A stretch of 63,427 nt of DNA, the filler included, from Xylographa opegraphella (lineage: Eukaryota), in NCBI GenBank assembly GCA_022813865.1. It is 3 parts of 3 records of this genome, joined end to end, with 100 filler letters (N's around TTAATTAATTAA, not from the genome) between each part and the next. Parts side by side here need not be neighbours in the genome. Positions count along the whole stretch, not along the records: positions 1 to 21,496 come from JALDZX010000135.1; positions 21,597 to 42,569 come from JALDZX010000136.1; 1 more part is not named here. One strand, given 5' to 3'. The notes under the pieces were generated by a model, which was given only the letters and a program-made list of their open reading frames with translations, was not told the DNA's origin and searched no databases. The position numbers and the translations under genes are program-made. Shown here piece after piece: positions 10,999 through 23,863 of this stretch. Every line of letters begins with the position of its first letter. Within the stretch, counting starts at the first letter, position 1.

Positions 10999-13400
10999 TC
11001 ATATCAGAGTGCAAGTACTCCATTTCGCTCGACCAAACATTGTGTTCTCACCAGTCTTGGGGACAGGGCCATCTGACTTCCGATCAATCCGGTCGTCCAT
11101 CAGCTCTTTGATATGCTGTGCTCCTTGGAAATAGCCTAGTCGGCAGTACTTGGCCAGGGACCTTTCGAAAACACTCATCTCAGTACCTCCTGCCATATCC
11201 AAACTGAGAATCAGACCACCCACGTTCACTGAGTGCTTGTCCGTTATAAGGAGTAATAGTATGACGTTCTCCGCGCCAATGCTTTCTGCCTGATCCAAGT
11301 ATCCAACAAGAGGTTTCCTTAGCCGAGGCAGCCCGCTTAATCGAACACTACAGTTCCCGTTCGTCGTGCTGCGTGTAGCCTGCGGCTCGAGAACCCCAGG
11401 ATATATAAGACCATTGACGGTGATCTCGGCTCTTCTGGGGGCGTCAGAATTCGTCGCTCGTGGGAAAGAATTGGAAACGTCTAAAAGCTTCACAAGTCTT
11501 GAGTTTGAAGAACTATAGTCAAGTTGTCCTGGATACATGGGCCAAAATACTGGCCTACTCGATGATAGCCAGGACCAAGAGGGAGATAGGAGAGACTCGG
11601 GATCCGGTGGCCGATTATCAGCGTCATCATTTGCGCCAGAGACTGCCCAGCAGAGTTGAAAAGGCAAATAGCTCCTCCAAAGACCTGCCACGTATTCATC
11701 GTTGATCGTACGCCTGAAGACTTCCGCAATCCCCAAGAATATAGAGATCATTTCACTGCTGCTTCCGAAATGAGACCGTGGCTGTGTGGTTACGAGTCTA
11801 TTCCATGTTTCCACGTTGGCTTCCGCAACATCTCTGAGTTGTATCTCCATATCAGAGTTGAAGCATTTGGGGATACCATTGGGATATGCGTCGCATGCGG
11901 TAAGCTCACGACATTCCCAGAAGAGATGCTGCGCTCCGATATGAAGTACTCTCGCAGATAGCAAGCGCTCTTGGAGTGCCTTGCCTCGCATTTGGAGAAG
12001 CGGATGTTCGATGTTGTCTTTGAATAGTCTCTTGGAGCCGCACTGATAGAAGTGGCTCTCGGAAGAACCATCGCCATTCTTCGATGATACATTTGTTGGC
12101 TGTAACCAGGGACAATGCAGCAGAATCGGCTCCATGGGCAGAACACTATGGCCAAGAACAGGTCTACGAGAACCTCGCGCAGGCTGAGAGGCTGTGGTTG
12201 CTATTGAAATTGTCAGAAATGATTGTCTGAATATATCCTTTTTGTTGATCTGTTCTGTTTCAAAGCCATCTTTTGGGTCTTGCCTGCTCATTTCTCTCAC
12301 ACACAACGACTCGATCCAAATATATTTTACCTTACACCATTGGGCAATTTTGACAGCGTTTTGCAGATCCAGAGGGTTTTTAGAACCTCGATCGTCAGTC
12401 ACTATGATATATGAATTCTCCCCTTTACCGATCTCACGAGAGTCCACGAGACGCATGATTCCATCTCTAGCCGATTCGACATCTATAAGGCGCTCAGGCA
12501 GAAACATCTCCGCAGCGCTTTTAACGCGACATTCTTTGTGTAACATTGTACACTGCTGAAGCAATTTCTCCACCAGCGAGAGGGTCTCGAATTCACCATT
12601 GCTAGAGTCTCCTTTACCATCAAAGACAACGGACGGAGATGTGTCTGTACTATGTTAGATAGACTAATTGGTATTCTTACCGGGTAATCCTCACGCAAAA
12701 CCTGATCAAGAGACAAAGATATAGATGCAGCATCACTAGCCTCACCGGTCTGCTTCAGCACCGAAAAGCTCGCGACGACAACTTGCCGCTCTCCTGTAGA
12801 CGCCGGTGTCACTTTCAGCTGTAGCCCCAATTCCTCGCCAATCCGCTCCTTGCCAAACCCTGCAAGAAGCTTACGACGAACGAGCTCGCAGAAACGGCAG
12901 CCATCAGCTGCAGTCCTCTGCAGTGTTGAAAGGAGTCGGATGTGCTTGTAGTTGATATTCGGCTGCTTGGCGCCCGTCCAGTAATGCCGGCAGGCCTCGC
13001 ATAATGGAGAGCTTCCTTCCACATCAGCGGCAACATTAGATGCCGAGAGAGCGGTGCCGGGATGGCTCGTGCCTCGCCTGTCTTCCCAGAATGGTTGCTC
13101 CGCGGTGGAAGATTGTGCTCTGGGAGCGCTCCGGGCGATACTCTGTCGCTCGCGCAGCGACGGCCAGTGGGGTTTTGGTGCTGAAGCCATCTGGGTGTTT
13201 TTCGGTGCAGGCGACCAGGGTGAGTTTACGGCGTGGGTGGGGCTTTCAGCAGGAGGAGCGATGTAGTGACTGACGAGCTCGCATTGTCTGAAGATATGGT
13301 TTTCGAGGGCGAGTGTATCTTCCAGGCATCGGTGGGGTATCCGATTCAGGAGCACGGAGTTGGATTTATACACTCCTGCTGTATTTTCATTTCGGGACAT
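10999..13400 (-). CDS. HET-domain (heterokaryon incompatibility-type) protein with divergent motifs
   Basis: N-terminal LCEAC...H...GCRFC. Intron 12694-12645 (GTGAGG...CTAAC...TACAG, phase 1) joins ORF 12483..13400 to ORF 10999..12573. Motifs LPERLIDV, KYIWIESLCV, RGKALQERLLSARVLH...FWEC, YVAGLW, PSWSWLS. Start could be 13190. Confidence 0.8.
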
Positions 13401-13707
13401 AAAGATTTCCTAATCTCTCAAACTCGGATTTTGAGCCTCATCGCCATACAAGTACCATCAAGCATTGAGTTCGATCCGGTTGAACCAGTTCAACGACACT
13501 TCGTAGGTCGCTGGCTTACGAACAGCCATGCGAATGACAATTGTCTAACTACATGGGGCCGGAAGGCCTTTGGAGAAGAATGCTTACATGTACTTGGAAT
13601 AGCTTAGTAATGAATGGGTGCCCTTCGGATCCCTACTCACATACCTTATTTAAGCTACAGATGTACGAATCGCGATTTTGTAATGATCACGTTGCCGCGC
13701 TAGCGGC

Positions 13708-13767
13708 CTCTATAACCGTGCCGAGCCACCTAAGGCGCGCCTTTAGTGGCTCGACATGGTTATAGAG
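13708..13767. repeat. 60-bp loopless near-perfect palindrome
   Basis: ctctataaccgtgccgagccacctaaggcg|cgcctttagtggctcgacatggttatagag; arms match at 26/30. Confidence 0.95.
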
Positions 13768-14312
13768 TAGCTTGGCAGTACAAATTGAGACTCAGCTTGG
13801 AATACTACACAGATTCACCGTTAGTATCACAGCGCAACTATAAAGCGATCATGCGACTCCCAATCCGGGTCACCAGCTCTATGTCGTTAATGGAGCTCTA
13901 CAGAGTGACTTACTCAGTCGTAGCGTGCGGGGAAACAAAAGCTGATCAGGTAGGTACCCTGCTCGAGTGAAGCTGAGGCTTCCTCGAATCTATTGTGTAG
14001 GAGGATTTGGCCTGGTTGACTCAGACACACTGAACCTCCAGCTGCTACTGAAGCTGGACGCCAGGCTGTCTGGATCTCCAATCTCAAGAAATCTGGTCAA
14101 TAAGTGAGCTTCCAGCAGTGCTGATGCGTCTGTTTGAGACAGCTTGCTATGGCTGAAGCAGATCGCTTCTGAAAATTTTCCACTGAGTGATTTCGTGCGA
14201 GGGAATAAAGCATTCCCGAGAAGGCCGTTCCCGCCTGAATTTTGTATTGCGAATGATTGTTATGTAACACCAAGACAAGTGATCTACAGGTTTCTGGTCG
14301 TGCAACACCAAA

Positions 14313-15617
14313 ATGGCAAATCCTCATGATACATATGACGCTGAATCATGCTTCGTATATGAGTCTCTTGAAGGGCAAACCCCAGATACCATACGCCTTT
14401 TGACGATCTTGCCAGGTACTTGCGAGCCTATTCAATGTACACTGACGAACTTCCGTATGGGCATTGTTTACTCTGGCTGGATGGGTTTATCACTTACGTC
14501 TGGCTGGAAGGCTTTATCATACATGTGGGGAACGCAAGAACGAGAAAAAGTGATATCTGTCAACCAGAAACCATTCCTCATTCGCCCCAACTTGTGGGCA
14601 TGCCTGAAACGTATGCAAGGCTCACAGTCGAACACCAAAATATGGATCGACGCTATCTGTGTGAATCAAGACGACATTGAGGAACGCAATCGACAAGTTC
14701 TTCTCATGTTCAAGATATACACACTGGCAGATGAAGTCATTGCCTGGCTTGGATATGATCCATCAACGCGGTTGCTCGAGACAGGTCGGATCCCACCACA
14801 CCTCAAGAAGTACGATATACTTTTCTGGAAGACATGGCTACTCGAGCCGGGGCTTGATCGTCGGGAGCAGAGCTCGGTGGAGAACTCCGGGACTTCGACC
14901 GCGCGAGATCCTCCCAGTGCGTTTCGACGACGGCTCAGCAAAGCACTGCTGCACGTTTGCAAATACCCCGAGATCACGGCGGCGGAAATGACCGCCATCT
15001 CCAGCTTGGCATGTAATGCTTACTGGTCTCGCGCGTGGGTCATACAAGAGCTGGTGCACGCTCGGAGCCCGCACGTGTGGTTTGGCGCCAAAGGTGATGT
15101 GAAACTGGAGACATTCTTATCATGGCTCTGGGTGACGGAGGCACAATGCAGCGACAACATCCTCGCCATCCTCAACTACCAGAGGGGTCGCCACGAGACC
15201 ACGGGCAATGTCGGGTACAGCATGCGCGAACTGATGACCATGTTCCAGCAGACACGATGCACCGACCCGCGCGACAAGGTGTACGCCTTCCTGAGTCTGG
15301 CCATCGACGCCAAGAGCGTTGGAGTGCAGCCGGATTATTCGAAATCGGTGCGCGATCTCTGCGCCGACTTGCATCGTGCGTATCGTTATGAGCCCGACCA
15401 GCATCTCCGTGCTTGTCCGTGCCGGGCGCCGCGCACCCAGGACGTACCCGCCCCGACGCGAGCGACGAGAACGTCGTTTGCGCCGGAACGGCGATCCTGG
15501 AGGGGCAAGTCTTTGACGACGTACTCGGATGATGAGCAGAGACTCCTGGCGCGTGAGGGCAAGTCGCGCCAGAAAGTGGTCTGGGATCGTATTGTGTTCT
15601 TCTTTGACCGGTATTAA
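14313..15617 (+). CDS. HET-domain protein, HET-6-like
   Basis: Canonical motifs IRLLTILPG, ALSYMWG, IWIDAICVNQDDIEERNRQV, YWSRAWVIQE and CTDPRDKVYAFL, V.PDYSK. Confidence 0.92.
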   Translation: MANPHDTYDAESCFVYESLEGQTPDTIRLLTILPGTCEPIQCTLTNFRMGIVYSGWMGLSLTSGWKALSYMWGTQEREKVISVNQKPFLIRPNLWACLKRMQGSQSNTKIWIDAICVNQDDIEERNRQVLLMFKIYTLADEVIAWLGYDPSTRLLETGRIPPHLKKYDILFWKTWLLEPGLDRREQSSVENSGTSTARDPPSAFRRRLSKALLHVCKYPEITAAEMTAISSLACNAYWSRAWVIQELVHARSPHVWFGAKGDVKLETFLSWLWVTEAQCSDNILAILNYQRGRHETTGNVGYSMRELMTMFQQTRCTDPRDKVYAFLSLAIDAKSVGVQPDYSKSVRDLCADLHRAYRYEPDQHLRACPCRAPRTQDVPAPTRATRTSFAPERRSWRGKSLTTYSDDEQRLLAREGKSRQKVVWDRIVFFFDRY

Positions 15618-16274
15618 ATTGAGCCTTGGCTCATATCGATGGTGCTAAGGACATTTTCCTAGGCACAGGGGAAGGAGTGAACTGGAGTTGAAGAAGAAAG
15701 ACGACAATTACGGGATTTTGCTTACATATATCGGGCGTCCTCATCTCGGATTCCCTGCACGGTAGCACAAGTCGATTTTACACACCAGAAAATTTCGAGC
15801 GCGATTGTAAGCTTTCGTTAAAGACTATAAAACGAATGCTTGATATCTCTACCGTGAGATCCCGGAGCTTCCGGAAGGTATCGTCTTCGCTTCAACAAAG
15901 GAGGTATAGGGGGTGTGACTTCGAGGAAAGCAGCATGTCGGGATGCTCGTTACCTAGATCCACTAATGAGTATCTCATGTCTCCTACGGCACGTTGCTCT
16001 GGCATATCACCGGATGGGCGACTTGATCGAGGCTGATACCGCAGGCAACAATGGACTCGGTTGAAAAGCCTTAGATTTTGCAGAGCTTACACGTACGTAC
16101 TCCATCCAGCGAACATTGAAAGCGATTGCAGCTGACGAGATCTCTCCCTACACGACACCAGACCAAACAATCCGTGCACTTCAAGATAGTTGTTTAAATA
16201 CACGCTACCCAATCATCCCATCCCACAAAACCAACACATCCACTCGTACCCTTTACCCATCCCCCACCCTTCCC

Positions 16275-17930
16275 CTAAACTTGCACATCCCCCTTCCCCA
16301 ACCTCCGCGCCAGCTCCAAATAGCCCTCGACGAACGTGTACGGCGCGGGCGCATAATGCACCATACCCTGATCCTCCTCGACGGCCACACTGCCGAACTT
16401 CGGCGGCGCGTCCGACCCATCCTGCGCGTACGGCTGCAGCCAATTCCACATGCCCTTCCGGCCCGAAATGGGCAGGCGGACGACCGCGTCCGGCACCTTG
16501 GACAAGTCGAGCGTGGGCGGCATGTCGACGGCCAGCAAGCTGGGCCCGAGGCGGAAGAAGGCGCTCATCTTGTCGAAGGCCGTCTGCACGGTCCACGCAG
16601 GCAGCTGGAGGGCCTTGTGGGCAGGACGGGGCTGTAGGCGTGGATGGCGGTGTAGGGGTCCATGAGCACGGTGGTGATGAGGTACTTGGCCGCGGTGGCG
16701 GCGGGGACCTCCGGGGTCTGCAGCGGGTCGAGCCAGTACGGGCTGACTGTGGGGAACGTTTGGGGGGCGATGGGTTGGAATTTCGGGGTGGCGACTTTGG
16801 GCTCGAAGTAGGTGAAGAGCTTGCTCCAGTCGGTGGGGTTGCTGTCGCTGCTGTTCTGGGTGAGGTAGTAGCCGACGACGCCGTCGAAGATGCGCGTGTC
16901 GTCCCCGATCTTGAGCGGGAAGCGGTACTTCTCCAGCTCGGCTTGGGAGTCGGCCGGGTGGTTACCGTAGGTGTTCTGGGCCTTGACGGCGGGTTGGGAC
17001 AGCTCGATGCTCCAGCCGACGTTTACCAGGGCCAAAGACTTTCCGACGACCGCGTTCGCGAAGCCGCTATAATCCGATGGCGGGTAAGGCATGTCTTGGA
17101 TGGCGCCGTTGATCATGTCGAAGAAGCTTTGGAGATAGTCGACGTTGGCCGTGTTCTTCGGATCGTCGGCTGCGGCGAAGAGGTTGATGAGGTTGTCAAG
17201 CTGCATGTTGACCTGGCCGGAGGCGCCGCCGCTTGGAGGGTCAAAGGGGATCCACTTTGCCGAGATATCTACGCCGTGCACACCTCCCATTCTGATTTCA
17301 CGATAGAAACTACTGTCGGGCAGGAAAAATTGCAAGCCATAATCTGCATAATTGATGATGATCCACCCAAAGATTGGCTGTTCGTAGTCCGAGGCTTCCC
17401 GCTACGCTGAGAAACCGCCGTTAGTGAGCGGGGCTCGGAGCAGGAAGGAAGCATTAATCCTGGCGTCTTGGTTGATACTTGGGGTCAGTATCATGTATTG
17501 ACAAAGAGGCCACTCTCCCGGCTTCGGAGGAGGACCTGAAGGATAGACCGTGTTTTGCTTGCCATTCAATACGTCAGGAGCGAGGTAATCACTCAAGCAG
17601 GGATAGATAGATGTCCGAGGTAGGCAGCCCGGCGTTGTGCCGTAAGCGCGGTTTCGGCGGTGGTAAACATACGGCTTGGCCGAATTTGTCGATGATGTTG
17701 AGTTTGATGAAGAACATCTGCCCATGTGACTCCCTTGAAAGGGATCCCTGGATAGCCCTCCTTTCCAAAGTCGAGTAAGTTCGCGTAGGGTGTCAGGGCA
17801 GTTTCCCCTTCCATAAGTTTAATGGCGTCCGGGTCAATAAGGGCTAGCTTCAGACCATCTGACGCAGCCTTGAGCGGAACGAGGGTTTGGCCTTGAGAAC
17901 GTACACTCGGCTTGACGTGTGCACCTTCCG
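16275..17930 (-). pseudogene. C-terminal ~550 codons of a large uncharacterised protein, multiply disrupted and 5'-truncated by the RIP block
   Basis: Continuous reconstruction EGAHVKP...FKGVT/HGQMFFIKLNIIDKFGQ...DIY/PCLSDY...GGFSA*REASDYEQPIFGWIIINYAD...LVNVGWSIEL...FPLKIGD...DGVVGYY...MDPYTAIHAYSPVLP/KALQLPAWTV. Frameshifts at ~17725, ~17605 (4-bp duplication) and ~16617; in-frame TAG at 17402-17404. Confidence 0.8.
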
Positions 17931-20900
17931 AAAATCGTTATAATAAGCAGTTTCAAAAAGCGTCGTTAAATGCTGTTGGCGAATAAATCACTGTATTGTT
18001 TAAAAAAAAGCGCTAATCTTTTGCCGTCCTTACGTAACACCTTGAATGTAAATAGTCATAAATTTTGCTAAATAACGTACGAAAAACTTTACCGTCATTT
18101 AATATCGACGGCAAAAGATACACAGATTCTTATTACCTTTATAATATTTTAAAGTTTGAAGGTCGGTAGTAAAGGCTAAGCTGGATCTGCAAAATTATAT
18201 TAATAATCTAACGACAGCGTCGCCTGGCAGACGAAATTTGATTATTTTATAACAGCGATATCGGCCTTTTTGGAGGAAAATACTGTATAATTTAAAATAA
18301 AACGTAAAAACAAATAATACGTATAAAGTCTTTTTACAGTTTTTAATATTTTATAGTATATATATACTGTCTCGCAGTTTATTCATACAATCGATATTAT
18401 TAAAAATTAGTAAACTTTTAAGCAGAAAAATATTTAATCGTATATAATTTTTTTAGTTTTTTTTATTTATATAATCCATAAGTTCGTCCCAGATTTTCTG
18501 TTTGTCAAAGAAAAACATATATAATCGCCAGAATTGAGGAACGTATTCGTTAAGAATTATATAGCGAAATTCGATGATCTTAAAAAATAATAATATTCTT
18601 TTAATATTTATACCGAAAAATACAACAATATCAGATTTAAAAATAAATAAATCGATCTGTTAACTTTCTTACAGTATAATATTAATAGAATTATTATATT
18701 CGTTTATTTTACCATTCTGAATCGGTTCAGAGGCCTTAATCAGCGTTAATTAATATAGTTTATTTTAAATCAATTGTGGCAAATCGCGCGTGCATCAACG
18801 TATATTTATATAAACGCAGCTAAAATACCTCGATTTTTATATAATTAGCTATTAAATCTTATTTAAAGGTTGAAAACTTACGCTTCCCAAAAATATAACT
18901 TATTTTTAATATTTTTTAAACGAATATATATATACCCTCGTATGCCGTTTAGTTACTTGCGCTTTAATATATATTTATATACTTATTATAATCTTCCTTT
19001 CTTGTTCCCGATCTATTATAATTAGTAAAAATAATCGAATTTGCTTTGTCGATTATAACGGCGACTACGCTTACTTTCGTAGTAAAAGTAGTTTATTAAT
19101 AGTCAAACATTCGTTCGCTACTTCCAAGGTGTATCTTTAAAGAATTTTCTAGGGCACGTATATCGTAATAATCATTTATATACCAAATTTTAAAGAAAAG
19201 GCGAAAACATTTAAAAAATATTCCTCGACTCTTTGGGTCGTTCAAAGAGTTTTCGGGTTAATATATCAAAAAGTTGCGTATATCAAACGACTGGCACATC
19301 GCGTAAAAACAGTATGCAAACGACAAGGCCTTTTATCGCATAGTTAAATTTTAATACCTTTTGAGATTTAAAGACAAAACCCTACCCATATTAATGTCAA
19401 TAACGATATTAAATAAATTTTAAAGTCGAACGTCCCGTCTTATTATACCCTAGATAATATTCAGGAATTCCAACGATATAACGCTACGAGGGTTTTTACC
19501 GTCGATGCTAAAAATTCGTACATCAACAAAAAACGGTTTAAGTCTAACGATATAATTTCTAAATTAATATAATAAACAGTTATTAATATAATATTAACAT
19601 TTTATAACGGGCATTTCCTCTTTATAAATACGAACGCAAAAATTATAGATAGCATATTCGTAGAAAAATGTGTTTTTTGACTTACATCGTAAATATCAAG
19701 GGCAAAACTTATTGCTTTTAAGCTGCGGCCATTATATATTCAATATATTTATATATTTTTTAATACACTTCTACGGCGGTCTTGCCCAACTGTATTATAT
19801 TTAAAAAGGCGTTAATCAGATGTTTTTTTATACATTTTTCCTGCTTTATAACCCGCTTCTTAGCCCATTTATTAATAATTGATTAATTTTCATATATATT
19901 AATAAGTAACTCGAGGCAGAAGCTATTATAAATAATTTTATATACGATTTTCGAATTAAATTTTAACCGTTAATTAGCCTATAATCTCTCGCATACGAGT
20001 TAAGGGGTTTTATTATATATTTTTGGAAAATACGTATTTAGCAAAATACTAAAAGCAATAAAGTTTGTCATAGCATTTCAAAACAATTCGAACTAAATTT
20101 CGAGTCCTAGAAATATAATCAAGTATTTTATATAATCGAATCGAACTTCGTTATTCTATCGGCTTGCGATAACGAAATTAAATAAACGAAAAAAAAATTG
20201 CCGTATATTTTACAGTTATACAAAAAAATTCTGCAAAATATACGATAAAATACAAATATTTATTCCTCTGTCGAATCTGTCGTATTTTATTCATATTCCT
20301 TTAAAATAATTCTTTCAGTCGTTGAAAACGTACTAAAAAAACATTTACTCGTCCGCGAAATACAATATAATAATAAAAAGATAAAAAAAAATTTAAATCT
20401 TTCGATTTAGGCTGAGTTAAAAATTCTATATTTTAAAAAAATCATAAGTAAAACTCGAACTGTTATTATTACCACGCTTAACGATAATAACTCTTGATTA
20501 TATATATTTAAACGAATTTAAAGCGCTGCCAGCAGCCGCTTATCGCTTCAAACAATTTACAATATTTTTCAAATTGATAAAATTATCGGCAAAAATACAC
20601 AGCACGTCAGCGAATAAGAATAAAAATCGAGTATATAAAATATCGTAAAATTTATTCGTTTATATCGTTTTAATTTATTTAGAACGAAATAGCTCGTTTT
20701 CGTAATAGAAATTACGCTCGCAGCGAATAATATCGTAGTAAATAAATTATTTTCGACAAAGAAAACAGAAAAGTTAAACTATAAATTTATATTATCGACT
20801 CGTAATATAGCAAAGTCATTTTAATAATCTTTAAAAATATTATTATCGAGGAAAAGTTTCGCTAGCGCTATTTTCTTCGGTTTTCAATTTATAAATAAAA

Positions 20901-21437
20901 AAATAAATAATTGTTTAATCTTTAAATTAATCAATTTTTTTACAATTTTAATTATGCGGCCTGGATTAATAAGCGTAACTTTCTTTCCATCGTTTATATT
21001 TATCGCGTATAATTATACGAGGTATCCGCAAAAAGCTATAATTAATATATATTCGAATTAAAATTCAAACGTCGTTGATTTTGTACGCGGCGAAAGTCAT
21101 TTAAAAAACAATATTTTTTTAAAAATCGTTTTTGGCGTTTAGGAATAAAGTTTTAACATAGCGATTTTTTATATAATAAAGCGAATACCCCGCGCAGCGC
21201 AGTACGACTGCTATTAATATTATAAATAAAACCTTTATAGATTAATGATTTACAGGTATTTTAAGAAAAAAAGTCGAACGTTTTATAAATCAGTTAAAGT
21301 TCTAATCAATAAACTACAATATAAAGTCCCCTCAAAACATCCACGCCAGATTAATATTAAAAATATAGCAAAATTGCTTAGTTTTTAAAAAAAATTGCGT
21401 ACGATTGAAGTCGAAACATTATATACCTGTTTTAAAG

Positions 21438-21496
21438 TGTTACGATCCTGCCTCTCACTAGTATAGTTCGATTAGGGATCTGGGTTGGATTCGTCA
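21438..21496 (-). mobile_element. LTR family B end, truncated by an assembly gap
   Basis: Reverse complement of the 3' end of 30593-30905. Confidence 0.85.
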
Positions 21497-23863
21497 NNNN
21501 NNNNNNNNNNNNNNNNNNNNNNNNNNNNNNNNNNNNNNNNTTAATTAATTAANNNNNNNNNNNNNNNNNNNNNNNNNNNNNNNNNNNNNNNNNNNNATAA
21601 TAAATAATAAATAATAAATAATAAATAATAAATAATAAATAATAAATAATAAATAATAAAAAACTGCAAACATTATATTGATGAATTCTTTGAATTATGA
21701 TATTTATATAAAAACTACTACAACTTAATTTCCATCGTAACCAATTATAATTTAAAATTATTTTTTCAAATTTAATTAATCATTTTTTATTGATAAATAA
21801 TAGTAAAAAAGTACGAAAATCGAGATTTATAATTTTATATATTTATCGACAAGTAAAAAATTGTTTCGAAAAAAAATATTTCTAAAAAGAGTAATATTAA
21901 AAAAGAAATTTAAAAAAATCGCTGCGAAAGAAAAGTTTATTTCGTAAAAGAATTTATTTTAAAGATATTAATTTTAGGGAAAATATATTCCGAAGAAAAT
22001 TTATTCTAAAAAAGGTTTATTTTTAAAATAATTTAACTAAACGAAAATTTAATTTGAAAATTTTTATTAAAAATAATTTATATTAAAAAAAACTCGAGAG
22101 GCTATAATTAAAATATTTATATATAATATATATTTCGTATATAATCTTTAATTTATAATTATAAAATTTATTTTATATGATTTAAATAGTTAATATATAT
22201 TTTTTAGCAAAATAAGTAAAAACGAATAAATATTTAATATTAATCTTTTATCGTAGAAAAAGATTTTAACGTAAAAAAATTGCAATTTATTAATTTATTA
22301 TAAAAATTATGTAAATAATTTAAAAAGTAATTATCGTATCGTAAAATTAAAAATAATTTTTTTTATAAATTAAGACGAATCGATATATAAAATAAAAATA
22401 CGATAAAAAATAAAGAAATTATTTTTGACGCGAGATATTGAATTTATATAATTAAAATTATTAGTATAATTTATTCTAAAAAATCAATATAATACGCAGA
22501 AAGATTAAAAATTAAAATATATAAATAAAAATAAATAATTTTGTCGATCTCCATGCGAGCTGCTATAAAATTTATTTAAATTTTCAAAAAAGCTTTTTTC
22601 TATTAAAAAATTAAAAAAAATCTTATTTAATATTTAATTATAAAAGTATTTGATTTTTAATAATTAAATCAGTTTTTATACTTTTATCGTCGGGATTATC
22701 GAATATAAATATTATTAATATTAATAACGAAACGTCATAGTAATATATTAAAATATAAAAATATTTCGATATTATAATTTTAATAAAATTTAAAATTATC
22801 GATATAATAATCATCGAGATAACGCTTACTATAATTACAATATAATTATTATTAAACATCGTAGTAAAATTAATTTAAATAAACGTAGGCCAGTAATTAA
22901 TTAAATATTAAATTAATTTTAATAGCAATTAAATTAACCCGATGTTAAAGATTTAGCGTAAATTTAATAAATTCAAAATCGCTTTAAACCGTTTTAAATT
23001 ATTAAAATAATATTTAATCAAATAACTCGAGCCAAATCGCTAAGAGTTTTACAGATAATTATTATAATATTATTAATAAATTATTTTAATTTCAATTAAA
23101 TCGTCGTTTTAATTATTCGTATTATTCGTTAAATTTTTATTTATATTTTTAAAATCGATTTCGAAGTCGTAATCGAATATTTTATTGATATAATTATTTT
23201 AAATTATTATTTTAATAAATTTTAAAATTCTAATAGAATTTCATTATTAAATCTTGTTAATATAAATTTAATGTATTTTAATAATACAATAAATATCAAT
23301 ATTTTTATAGTCGATTAAATAGCGTAAAATTTTTTAAAATAACGTTTTTTATCGCTAAAATTTCTTAAATTCATAATACATATAAATAAGCGATTCGAAA
23401 TTTTTAACTAAATAAAAAACAATAATTTATTAATTTATATTTCAAAAAAGGTTTGTCGAAAATCGCTCGCGTAAATAATTATTTAATAATATAAATAACA
23501 TAGCGTAATATTTCGTTTTAAAAAAATTTCGATAATTTATTATCGACGAAAAGCGCTTTAACTCGTTTAATTAAAATTTTTATTCAAACGCTCGGTTATT
23601 TCGCTTTTATAATTAGTGTAAACGTCGATTTTATTAAAGTAAATTTCCTAATTAATTTAAAGTATAACCTTAAATTTTATTTTATTATATTTTATTTTTG
23701 TTGTAGTATATTTGTTTGATATTAAATTTTTTATCGTTCGGTTTGAATAGTAAATCCTTGAAAAAATTTAACGAAAATAAAACTTTTATTATTTTTTAAA
23801 AAAAAATATAAACGGGTGTACTGTAAATAATCGTTAATAATAAAAAAAATATCTCATAATAAT

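Noticed and set aside
16116..17410. Long plus-strand ORFs (173 and 406 aa)
   Set aside because: Antisense shadows of the GC3-rich minus-strand pseudogene
20950..21240. Possible RIPped tyrosine recombinase (Starship captain) suggested by MRPG and AVRLLLIL fragments
   Set aside because: Too short and too degraded to distinguish from chance; would need a de-RIPped HMM search
21497..21596. TTAATTAATTAA embedded in N runs (also ~42570-42669)
   Set aside because: Artificial all-frame stop linker used to join contigs; order and distance across these gaps are uncertain
22638..22859. Ile/Asn/Lys-rich ORFs in AT blocks (also 61675-62116)
   Set aside because: Chance ORFs in RIP-saturated DNA, not organellar or real genes
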